The translations under genes were made by a program, and so were the position numbers. Below the pieces are notes generated by a model. That model worked only from the letters and a program-made list of their open reading frames with translations, did no database searches and was not told the origin of the DNA. DNA of 41,668 nucleotides from the NCBI GenBank assembly GCA_051941275.1, contig JAVEBF010000039.1, positions 1 through 41,668 of the forward strand, given 5' to 3'. Source of the stretch: Dirinaria sp. TL-2023a. Taxonomy: Eukaryota. This document shows, piece after piece, positions 12,683 to 23,029 of the stretch. The number at the start of each line of letters is the position of its first letter. The stretch's first letter is position 1.

Positions 12683-14014
12683 ATGTCCGCCATGGATGCC
12701 AGCTCTGCATTGGAAAAGCTCCGGCTCGAGGGCTCGTCGCCAGAGAGTGCCTCTTGTGGCCTTTTCAAGTTGCCAGGGGAAATCGTTGATCAGATTCTTG
12801 ACTACTGCGACCACGATGCCCCTTTCGAAGGCGAAGTTACTATAGAACATTACCCCATGAATAGCGAGAGCATGATGAAGCCGCTTCGACTTGTCAGTAA
12901 AGCTTTCAGCGAGCTGGTCATCCCTCGCATCTTCATGACCATGGTCCTCTACCAGCATGGTGGATGGTGGGACAATCTTGAAAATATCGCCAGCACCCCG
13001 AGTTTAGCACTCCACGTGAAAAACATCAAGCTCGCGCATATCGGCTACGTAACCTGGACTGACAATTTCCATCATTTCAAAGAAATGAACTATGACAGAT
13101 ATGGACCCTGGGGCGACTTTACAGAGCATCCTCCTGCGGGAGGGTCGCTGGCTGATTACGACCTGTCGGAGGAGGCGAGTTGGGAACGGTATCAGCGCTG
13201 GCGAGATTCTGAGCTGGTCATGCGAAACCACGAGAGGGATAACACCGCACCCCAAGTGGCTCTTGATCGGTTCGTCAATCTAAATTCGATCGAGACTGTC
13301 GGCCTCGCCTCGATGCGAACGATCAAACGCAAGCCGTGGATGCGATCGCACGGTCTCTGGCAGAGACGCCCACAGACACGACGGTACTTCGAGACTGGTC
13401 TGCGTGAGAGAGTGACCAGGTTCGGGATTCGAAAAGGGCTAGAACCGAACTACTCAAGTACTCATCTGCAGACTATGATGATTGCCCTACATAATTGCGG
13501 CAAGCATCTGAACAAACTGGTACTCCACCGTGTTCAGGAACTCTCCGGTATCACACAGCCGGAGTTCGGACTACCTTCGCTCAAGCATCTGGTACTCGAT
13601 ACATCCAATGTTCAATGCCACGACCCTGATGAAGAGACTCGCGAGGTATCTTCTTGGATCTTAGAGTTGCAGACCCTCGAGATTGTGGAGATTAAGCAAA
13701 ATCCGACTGCCGAGGCCAACCCGGATCTATGCAACCTTCTCCGACGTGCGCGGTGGCCCAAGATTAGCATTCTGGAGCTCACAAACGTCGAAAGTCCGCC
13801 CGACACTCTGCGGCATTTTGTCTCTCAACATGTTCACCACCTAGAATACCTTCGTATTTGTGAGCCTGTTATGGACCGAGAAGATTGGGCTACCTTCAAG
13901 CGGGGGGTGCGACACTGGACTCGAACATACCATGGAAAGCGGTTTATTCTTTCTGAAAATGCGTATGATCTGCCAGACCATACTACTGTAGATCTATGGA
14001 ATGGAGGATACTAA
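12683..14014 (+). CDS. F-box domain protein with degenerate LRR-like C-terminus (single exon, 443 aa)
   Basis: F-box-like LFKLPGEIVDQILDYC...LRLVSKAFSELVIPRIF, followed by LxxLxL repeats (LNKLVLH, LKHLVLD, LEYLRIC). Confidence 0.8.
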   Translation: MSAMDASSALEKLRLEGSSPESASCGLFKLPGEIVDQILDYCDHDAPFEGEVTIEHYPMNSESMMKPLRLVSKAFSELVIPRIFMTMVLYQHGGWWDNLENIASTPSLALHVKNIKLAHIGYVTWTDNFHHFKEMNYDRYGPWGDFTEHPPAGGSLADYDLSEEASWERYQRWRDSELVMRNHERDNTAPQVALDRFVNLNSIETVGLASMRTIKRKPWMRSHGLWQRRPQTRRYFETGLRERVTRFGIRKGLEPNYSSTHLQTMMIALHNCGKHLNKLVLHRVQELSGITQPEFGLPSLKHLVLDTSNVQCHDPDEETREVSSWILELQTLEIVEIKQNPTAEANPDLCNLLRRARWPKISILELTNVESPPDTLRHFVSQHVHHLEYLRICEPVMDREDWATFKRGVRHWTRTYHGKRFILSENAYDLPDHTTVDLWNGGY

Positions 14015-14589
14015 TGGAGCAGGGCGGTGTCTTTAGATCAAGAATTGAATTCTTGGAATCTTTAAAGCTGGAAATTGATATTTTGGGTGACACTGAGGAG
14101 AGATTTGCTGGGAGGATCTGGCCCCTTAAAGTATATCAAAAGCCGTAACTTGAGGATATTTTCCACAGCTTTGATAACATTTTCACTGCGAATTCTGCCT
14201 TTCTGAAGAAAGAAACTAGTTGTGAATTTTAGACTGAGATTTTGAGAGAAAACTTGAGCTGCACAACGAACTTCATTTATTTCTAGCTTAGCTTATTTCA
14301 CTCTAGAAAATCTTCTAGATGATATACCAGCTCATAATATAACTTGATATCATCTCCACTGAGGGTAGGGGTATGGATTTGACGATGGCGATCACCCCTT
14401 TCCCCTCGAAATCGGCCTATACAAGCCCTTCAAGGCCAGATAGACACACGTATATATGAATTAGAATAGCACCGCCCAACATTTCATCTAACGAGTACAT
14501 ATAGTGCATTTGTACCATCACTAATAGCCCCCCAAAACGTCATTCTTATTCACACTTTTCCCGGGGGGATATAAGAATACAAAAAAACG

Positions 14590-15300
14590 ATGCCTTCTTC
14601 GCGCTCTGCTCTTCGTTCATCGACCACAACTGCCCTCATCTAAGAGGATGAATTTCAAAACTATCCTCCCACGTATACCTCCAACCTCTCGAAATCTCCG
14701 ATGAGATTTCCAACTAGTATAATTCGATGAACGATCGAAATCTCCGCAATCTTTCTCCTCTCCTCCGAAATACTGAAGTTTCCAACGTGAAAAAAGTAAG
14801 CTTTAAGAGATTTTTAATTTGTTCAAGCTCGAAGATAATAATGCAGTACGTTTGAACAGCACTGATTTAAAATTAAACGAATCCTGCATCTGACTTATAT
14901 CTAAGAGAGACGTTAAGGCCCACGAGAGAGAGAAGAGAACAATAATGTCTTCAATCTCACACTCGCGATTTACGTTCGAAAAATTCGGCGATGATTGAGC
15001 TGCGATGTCTGAGATACGAGATGTATGTATAGTAATCTCATGCGACATCGCGTTTAGCAGCAGTGGTCTCCAGGCTACTGAAATCAATAAACCTGCAAAG
15101 CAATATCGAATAAAAAAAGCGTCGATTCGTCAGTATAGTCTGCTGTCTAATGTAGCGATAGTAATAGTTGCGAGAAACAGAGATCTCTGAGACAAGAGTG
15201 AAATATGCAATTCTAGAACCGTCGACATAAAAAGAATTCGCTATATAAACCCTCCTCAGCACACCTACTTCAAAAACCGCCATAGAAAAATCGCTCAGGT
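14590..15300 (+). pseudogene. Possible gene remnant of unknown function
   Basis: ATG at 14590 (MPSSRSALRSSTTTALI*EDEFQNYPP), a GTAAGC donor-like site near 14797 and interrupted frames. Confidence 0.3.
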
Positions 15301-16083
15301 CCCACATCTAGGTGGGAGTTATCTCCTGCTAACAATATTCAAGTCATATATGAAGATCTCTTCCCATCTTCATTCTTCAACTCCAACTAAATCGATTCTT
15401 GGTTGTTTTGCCAATAATATCGAGCTAAGTAAGACCTCGTCTTGTTTTCGACTGTTAATTTGCTCAATAGTCGTATATAGATGAGTGAGCTAGTTCAGAT
15501 TTTTTTGATAGATGTAGATTAAATAATTAACTTGAGATCGATTTATCTTTTTATTTCTGCGTTTAAATATTAGGTTATGTTTTTAATCAGTCATTTTCTC
15601 GTTTTTGAGAATTTGGATGCTTGGTGTTGTGTTTAGTGCTGAGCGAGATCGAGAGCTGATGTATTTTAAATCGTGCGAGATTTAAAGAACTATCAGAGTA
15701 GAAGAATGACTAACAGATCCTGCGATATCTAAATCAAAACCAAGCATTAACAAACACCCGAGTTCAATCCATGTTTCATCCTCAGTCGTCAGAACAAAAT
15801 AGCATACATCTCCTGCTCGATCTCCGAGGTCTTTTTAAAACCGTCTCTTTTTTTATCTTCGAAGTGACAGAGCCCATTTGCTCTCGCTCGCATCAAACTT
15901 CCGATATTCGGCTTGGCAAAACCCTTCAAACCCTTCAAAACATATCCAAAACCCGCCTTTTCAAAGATTGTTAATAACCAGCGAGATCCCTCTTTTAAAT
16001 ACAGAATTTAGGGAAAGATATATAGAATCCGTGATGGGAGTGGACGGACTGGTGTCTTTAATAATCATGGATTGGATTAAAGG

Positions 16084-16830
16084 GAAGAAGGGGTTGGAGT
16101 TTTGATTATGCTGTTTAATTATGGACTGAGAGAATGTCGATATGACAGGGTAGAATTCTGATTAGTTCGGAAAATCTGAAAAATCTGATTTGAATCGACT
16201 CACGACGTCTTTCTGTTTCGAGACAGCTGAGAAATCGATTCGAGAAAGCATTAGATCATCAGAATAAATGTTCGAATAGTTCTGATCTGAGCTACTTTTT
16301 ATAACGTTGAGTTCCATTCTTATTCGTGATTTATCGTTTCATATCTCTGTATTTCATGTCGATGCACTCGTATTAATTCTAGAATCTGTCGCGATATCGT
16401 CGAGATTTGTTTTGCATAAATGTTTGTTTGATCGATGTTTCACTCTTAATTGCTGGAATGAATCGAATGCTCAGACTCTGCGGACATTCTAAAAGTCTCT
16501 CGATTTTTAACTTTCAAGGATCAGAGATTGATTTTAAGTGAAGAAGGGGTGGGAACTGAGGAGTAGGGTCGATTTTTTTTGAGTTGTGATTAAGTTGTTT
16601 TATCATGAGCCCAGGAGACTCTGTAGTAGAAGTATGATTCTGATCATTGCGAAAGTCTGTATTCAATCGACTAAAGACGCGGTTCTGTTTCGAGATCGAT
16701 TAAAATGTATATTGTGATGAATTTGAATGACTTTTTTGTAACGTTGACCTTCATATTTCTACATTTTCTTGTCGACGCACTTGCATAAATACTGGAATCT
16801 GAGATGATTTCATCGAGGATTCAGGAAATC
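16084..16830. repeat. Diverged tandem duplication, two copies offset by about 410-470 bp
   Basis: Shared anchors in the same order: gaagaagggg (16084/16540), aatcgact (16193/16665), ttctgtttcgaga (16211/16683), ttttRtaacgttga, tgtcgaYgcact, gaatctg. Confidence 0.75.
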
Positions 16831-16949
16831 TGCTAATTTCTCTGACTCATCATTCTTTAATACAATCTCACGCAATACTTTCTTATTTTTTATTTCGATG
16901 GAGAATCGTCATATTCTTTTAAAAAGAACAAACTGCGATGAAACACAAT

Positions 16950-19490
16950 ATTCATTTTCTTTTTCTCTGACAACTTAAGTTCTTGAACTGATTCGATTAA
17001 GTCCTGATGACATGAAAGTGTTCCTAGCATACGCTCTTTGATTCGATGTTTGAAGACCTCGTGATATCGATTTTTGAAGCTCTGTATTTGCGAAGGGAAA
17101 CGGGACCATTTTGATGACTTCTGCGATGGCGGCGTTGATCTTGATTCAGTGCTCGATGCTTTAGAGTTGAAACCCACAAAAGATCATCTTTCTCCAGCGA
17201 TCTTTTAACAACTTAACGCCTTATCGATTCGACAATGATATCTTCAGGGAAGAATCGATCCATCAACTTCTCTTGAAACCGTTATTGTGTCAAAGTTCTT
17301 CGTTCTTTCGCTAACAGCGCTAGAGAGTAGCAACTCTTTACTTCAACTGAGTATCTGAACACAAAGACCGAGAGCTCAGACTTCTCGAAAGCAGACTTCA
17401 AAATTAACTGTCTCTTGCTAGGATCCTGAGATATTACAGATCCTGCTTCTGGCTTTCGAAAATCGCTTTCTTTGGACCTGCTTTCTCGCGCCTTGAGCTC
17501 CATGGAAGAAAGAGGTCTTTTGAGGTTTTCTGAAGGTCCGGAAAAAAGCAAGCTCTTTCAATAGAATTGTGTCAATGGAATCGACTCGATGAAGAGCCAA
17601 GTCACTCGGAGATTAATTTCCAGTATCCTTTGCAGAGTTGATTCGCTTTCTTGAGAATAAAGATGTAGCAGATTGAAAATCCGTGTATGAAGAGATTGTG
17701 TATACCTCCTTGAGGTTTCTAGATGACTTCAGATATTCTTGAATAAAAAATTTCTTGATTTTGGTGAAGATTTCAAGTTTTCTTATTCATGGTCTTCAAA
17801 AAGGCGCCGCACTCAAATCTGCTGCTTTGGCGGAACGGAAAGAGAAAATATGATCCGGTTTTCTGACTCCTCCGACGATCCCAGAAGTAAGGTATCTTTC
17901 CCAACTGAGCCAAATCTCTGAGCTTCAAGAAATAATTGAGAACATCTGAATCGAACTCTTAGTCTATCGAAATAAGTTCTTGCCGTGGTCTCCGCGGTTA
18001 AAAGCCACTCGCTCCTAGGACTAAAGTCGAAGATGCATCACTCGAAGTTCCAGATCCCTTGTCGAAAAGAGGCAAAAGAGGCATGACTTGATTGAAGAAA
18101 CTTCTTCGGCCGCGATGCTAAAGATTTCGTTCTTCCCAATGACGAATTTTTCAGTGGAATGTCTCTTCTTTGCATGAGAAAGTCGAAAATTCCTAGCCAC
18201 CAACATCCTAGAAGCGCCGTTCTAGGGAGTTCTTTGAGAGAATTGAAAATAATGGCATTCATTTCTCATTTGCTCGTTTGAAATCTGTGATGACACCTAG
18301 GAGAAAGGCATAGCCTGACTTGAAAAGGTTTTTGGATTTCCATACCCCTGGTCTTGGATTTTCAAATGTGAAATGTCTGAATTGAGTCATATGCTACTAG
18401 GACTGAAGATTCTAATTTTCTCTCTGCTGGTTGTCCTGATTCCCCTGCCGAGCGAATCAACTGATGCTGTTTTTCAAGAGTCGATGAATGATATTTTTAA
18501 TTCTCTGACATGAACTTCAATGCGTGACTGTGATATCCGTTGTTTGGTGATAGCCCTGAGAGTAAAGATACTTTATGAAGTTCAGGTGAGTGTCAGAACT
18601 CGAAGATGCATCGCTCAGAGTTTGTGATGACTCTTTGAGAACATAAATAGTCTGCTTTAGGAAGCTTTATTCGATGTCTTATCATCGACCACAGTTTCTC
18701 AAAACAGAACATCGAAACAAACAGATCTTTCTGTGGAGTCAAAGGATGGGAGACCTTTCCTTCCAGATTTTTCAACGTTTCAGAGACGCTATATTTTTTC
18801 GTTCTTCATCAACCGCCTCAGCAGTACAAGCTTTATTCGACATAGGTGAGATGCTGGACTTGGAAATGCGTCGTTAAAATTAGTCATGATCCTTAGAAGA
18901 TTTCGGAGCAAAGATCCTTTTCCTGCTCAATCGTTTTCCCCAGAGTCGAGTATGCCTGCACCAGGATTTGGGTGCTCCATAAATGAAACAAAGGCGCGAC
19001 GTGAACGAGAATTCTTTTCTCTCGATAACGATATTTATTCGAATCTTCGAATATTAAATTGTTGGAATGAAGAATATCTTGATGTAAGACCTCAATTTTC
19101 CTCGCATTTTTTTAAGTCGAGTAATCCAGTGCTAATAATCTTCGTCATTATGTTATGGATGAGTACTTTTTCATGTTGTCGTCCTAAGAGAAGACTAGTG
19201 TTCGATTTCATTCCTGCTTTAGACATTTTGATCCTTTTGAAAGTAGTATTTTTGTCATTGTTTTTCGTTGCTTTTCGTATTGTCTATCTTACGGTGATAG
19301 GTTTTTTTGTCTGCGAAATTGAAATTCGACTTCTATTTGAGAAGAAGATCTCGTGCAGCAGCGTGTTTAGTAGCATTGATTCTGAGCAGCAGTGCTTCTT
19401 AACAATAAAGACACCGAACATCAGGGAGTTTGAATAGTGGTGCGTCTGAATAGCACTAATTAAGTCAGTTAAATCTTGGACTCGGCTCAT
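16950..19490 (-). pseudogene. Pseudogene of an unknown ~700-800 aa protein with an internal 191-aa duplication
   Basis: ORF fragments 18593-18775, 18038-18262 and 17282-17551 lie in one frame joined by isolated stops. NSERCIFEF and NFE*CIFDF are 573 bp apart. Confidence 0.7.
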
Positions 19491-19559
19491 GTTGAATACG
19501 AGCGTTAAATCACGCAGAAGGAAGAGCATATCTAATTCAGAAAAACCATTCATATATTG

Positions 19560-21429
19560 AGTCTCACACTTGCTGTTCGCGTTCAAAAATCCGTGGTAAT
19601 TGAGTAGCGAAGCCGGTAATTTGTGTGTTCACGAGAAGAGAATCTTTTAAAGGATCAAACTCTCATCGCGCACATCAAGATCAATGAAGCCGAGCAGCGA
19701 AGTCGATTTTAGTAGCTGTCTCTGTAAAGCGGATCATTTGTCAAATGATCAAATTTTCACATTCGAAATTCGTGTATAACAAGATTGAGTCGAGCGTCGA
19801 AGTCCGTCCTAGAAGCTGTCTCTTGAAAATGATCATCTGTCAAGTGATTATACTCTTAAATTCAACTTCGCGTACAAGGTCAGTCAAGTCGAGCAGCGAA
19901 GTCGACTTTAGAAGATGTCTCTTGAAAAGGATCATTTGTCAAATGATCAGATTTTCAAATTCGAACTTCGTGTATAACAAGATTAAGTTGAGCGTCGAAG
20001 TCCGTTCTAGCAGTTGTCCCTGTGAAGCGGATCATTTATTAAATGATCAAACTCTCAATTTTAACTTGTGTATAACAGGGTTAATTTGAGCAGCGAAATC
20101 AGTTCTAGAAGCTTTCTGTTGAAAAGAATTCTTTGTCAAATCATCAAGCTCTCGAGCTCAACTTCGCGTTCATCAACAAAATTGATAAAATTGAGCGACG
20201 TGTTCGATTCTAGAAGCTTTCTCTTGAAAAGGATAATTTGTCATGCTGTCAAACTCTCAATTTCAACTTGACTTCCATCAAGGTTGATCAAGTCGAGCAG
20301 CGAAGTCGGACCGACGTCTCGAGCTCAACAGGACTCCCTCATAAGTGCAGGATCAGATCATTCGAAGTGCAAGAATGCGTTTTGTTATTGAATTTGCAAA
20401 GCTTGCTCGTTGAGAGCTCAATGATCTCCTCTTTGCGAAAATTCTTCTCATCCAAAGGCTTCACACAGAATCTCCCTTCGTTGAGAGATATTGAGGAATT
20501 GGTTGCTCGTAATGGATTGGATCTATCAGAATCGAGGTTAGACATGCCGAAGTACTTGAGTTCTCAATAATGCTCAAGCCGATGAGTCCGTAGACTTTCA
20601 ATCTCTTCAGATTTTGAAAGTTGTATCGCGTGTTGGTTGTTCTCCTTGGGAAATTCACACCTTCTATTCTTGACTTCGGGAAGTCATTAAGTAAAGGCTT
20701 GCTTTCTGGTACACTAAGCCTTCGGCGATCTGTGAAATTCCAGTGATTTCTCATCCTGAGATGCTGAGTGAACTCTAATTTTTCTATCGCTCAAAGTTCT
20801 CTGATCCACTCGTCACTAAAACAGGTTTCACGAGGAGTCTTAGCCCCTTGATATGAATCGTCGCGGTGTTCTGCGAACAGAAATTGGAAAAATTGGTAGT
20901 TCACGAACTTCGAAAAAAAGCAAACTCTTGATTACCACGAAAAAGCTCAAATCGATTTTCTTTGGCTTTCGAAGCCGTTGCATCGAAATTGCTCCTTTAG
21001 CAGAACAAGCTGGCAAGTGAGTCGCAATCAATATAGTATACAGGAGCCCGAAAGTAAGAATGTTCTTCATTCGTGCGACTCTGAAGTACATTCGAAGGGC
21101 TAGGTCGCTCAGGGGTCGTTAATTTTCTCTTCGCATGTACTGCGTCTCTCATCAATAATTGATATGTTTTATTGAGGGTGGAGTTCGAAGGTTTCTAAAT
21201 GATGTCGGTGAGTCTCTGAATACATGTTTCCTTGATTGCCATAAGGATTTTGAATATCTGTTGAGTATTTTTGTTTGAACTTGCATGAATCTTCCGTCTT
21301 GGCTCTTCCACAATGCCATTGCTGTATCTTTAAACTCTAGGAGCCGACTGGTCAAGAGTTGGATGATATTTTCATCGCCAGAGCTCTTTTGTAATCTCGC
21401 TTTTCTGGAGAGACCCTTGGGTCGAACAT
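19560..21429 (-). pseudogene. Pseudogene of an unknown protein ending in a 33-aa tandem-repeat domain
   Basis: ATG at 21429, ORF fragment 20461-20754 and the first repeat codon (20307) share one frame, with scattered stops. Confidence 0.6.
19602..20310 (-). repeat. About 7 tandem units of ~99 bp (33 aa), partly alternating A/B types
   Basis: Anchor gagcagcgaagtc/gagcgtcgaagtc at 19602, 19692, 19792, 19891, 19990, 20088, 20193 and 20295. Minus-strand peptide DFxARL...(E/K)FDHLTNDPFQETASRT. Confidence 0.9.
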
Positions 21430-21499
21430 AGCGTCTCTGCTAGCTCTTTGTCGGCATCTGCCTAGAGTCTGGTGATGTTTGCTGGCTGTAATGGCTCAA

Positions 21500-22783
21500 G
21501 ACGGTCAAAATAGTATGTTGACTCGTTGCAGGCTATGGGCCGCTTTCTGGAAAGGTCGGCCGGCCGGCCTGGAGACGCATGCTTGACTATTGTCAACCTC
21601 ACTGAGGGCTTGAAACGTCTGACGGAAGCTTTGATCAAGCATCTCTGTTGCTGTGCTAGATCAGAGAACGAACTATCGTCGAAGATCTGAAATTCTCGCG
21701 CGAGATGCCCAGGATATAAGTGATAGCGTTGAGATCTCTGATTTTTGAGAAGGGCGCTGCATTGAGACTTGCGCCTTGGACAAATTCAAAGTCGTAAAGA
21801 ACCGCGATTCGTGGATTTTATCCGGAGCTCGAGAAAGAATTGATTCAATGGAAGTAGAGATGCGTCAGATCTTCTTTCTTTTCAGAATATCTTTTAGTAA
21901 ATTCTTCGTTCTGTGTGTAGTCCTATGTATGTGTCTTTTGACTTTTTTTTTATTCTCTCGAACACCTAGTCCCGAGATCATCCAGAGATCATTACCAGAA
22001 GGTATCCAGTGGCCCAAGGTACAGAACTCGGCAGAATTTAGATGATCACAGCGTCAATTTCTCATCAAAGATCAAGAGAGTGTCTCAAGAAAGTCTCGCG
22101 CGAGAAGCGCTTCTTTGACTTCAAAGAGCGTGCTGGATCGAGCAACGCTAATAGTGGAAGAGAATTGAGTGTTGGCTTTCTGCTCTTCAAAGGATGCTAA
22201 TATGGATAAGATGCGTGAAGCATTGAGAATTCTAGCATCTCTCATTTTCGAGAAAATTACCAAACGAAGGCTTATCTTTTCAAGAATATGAAAAGTCGTA
22301 AATGGCTATCATCCGTAGATTCCTTTCAGAACTCAAATAGCAAATTAGTCCTTTCAATTGAGTAGTATCCAATAAAGTTAAGATATCTAACGCTGTTTTT
22401 ATTTCTATCAAAAATCTCTTTTCTTAAATTCTTCGTACTGTGTGCGTTTCCCAGGGTCTTTTTGATTTCCTTGAACACTGGGAGAGTCTTATAAAGTCAT
22501 CATGGTCTCTGAGTTAATCCAGTGATAATTATCGAACAGTAGTCAGTTTTCTATTAATGGTCGCCAGAATTTCTATGATGGCAGCGGAAGCATCTCTGGT
22601 GCTGTTTCAAATCAGAGATCGAATGATCGTCGAAGATCTTGAGTGCGTCGTGAAGAAGAAAGGGGTAACAACTTCGCGGTCAGTATTCGACGCTAGCAGA
22701 TCGGTCTGTCAATAATCTCCTCTGAGGAGGGTGGAGGTCGTCATAGTAGTAGGAGAAGAGTCTGGGGACTCACATGAGGCCAT
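21500..22783 (-). pseudogene. Pseudogene built from about 2.3 copies of a ~500-bp domain
   Basis: ATG at 22783. Repeated peptides RSSTIIRSLI*NSTRDA / RSSTIVRSLI*HSNRDA, IAIYDF / IAVLYDF and FSKMRD / FSKIRD. DNA anchors at 21637-21688 vs 22588-22639 and at 21898 vs 22425. Confidence 0.6.
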
Positions 22784-22984
22784 TTGAGAGCGGTTTCTGT
22801 AGAGCGATTTGAGCGAAGCGATTTTGATGGAGCACGAGGCGTGAGGAAGGTTTGATGGGCAGATTAAGGGATAGTAGTCGCTAATCAGAGCCTGAACATG
22901 AATGTCCCGAATTGTAAAAGATATTCTGATAGCGGCAGCTTTGACATCGGTTATTATCTCAGAGTTCACTGCATTGAAATTTGG

Positions 22985-23007
22985 TTTTTTCTTTTTTTTT
23001 TTTTTTT
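22985..23007 (-). repeat. Poly(A) tract on the minus strand (T6-C-T16 on plus)
   Basis: Directly visible, and immediately downstream of the 25.1-23.0 kb minus-strand pseudo-ORF. Confidence 0.85.
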
Positions 23008-23029
23008 GACACAATAAACTTCTTCAAAG

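Noticed and set aside
15300..15317. Hairpin tcccac-atctag-gtggga as a Helitron 3' end
   Set aside because: The stem is only 6 bp, there is no correctly placed CTRR terminus, and no Rep/helicase remnant was recognised.
18910..18950. P-loop-like SGEND*AGKGS on the minus strand
   Set aside because: Spacing is wrong for Walker A, and it is not in the frame with fewest stops.
18886..19437. 183-aa plus-strand hydrophobic ORF resembling a membrane protein
   Set aside because: F/I/L richness reflects the T-rich antisense of the mutated minus-strand pseudogene.
19602..20310. CRISPR-like or ankyrin array
   Set aside because: The context is eukaryotic, units are similar over their whole length with no unique spacers, and there is no ankyrin consensus.
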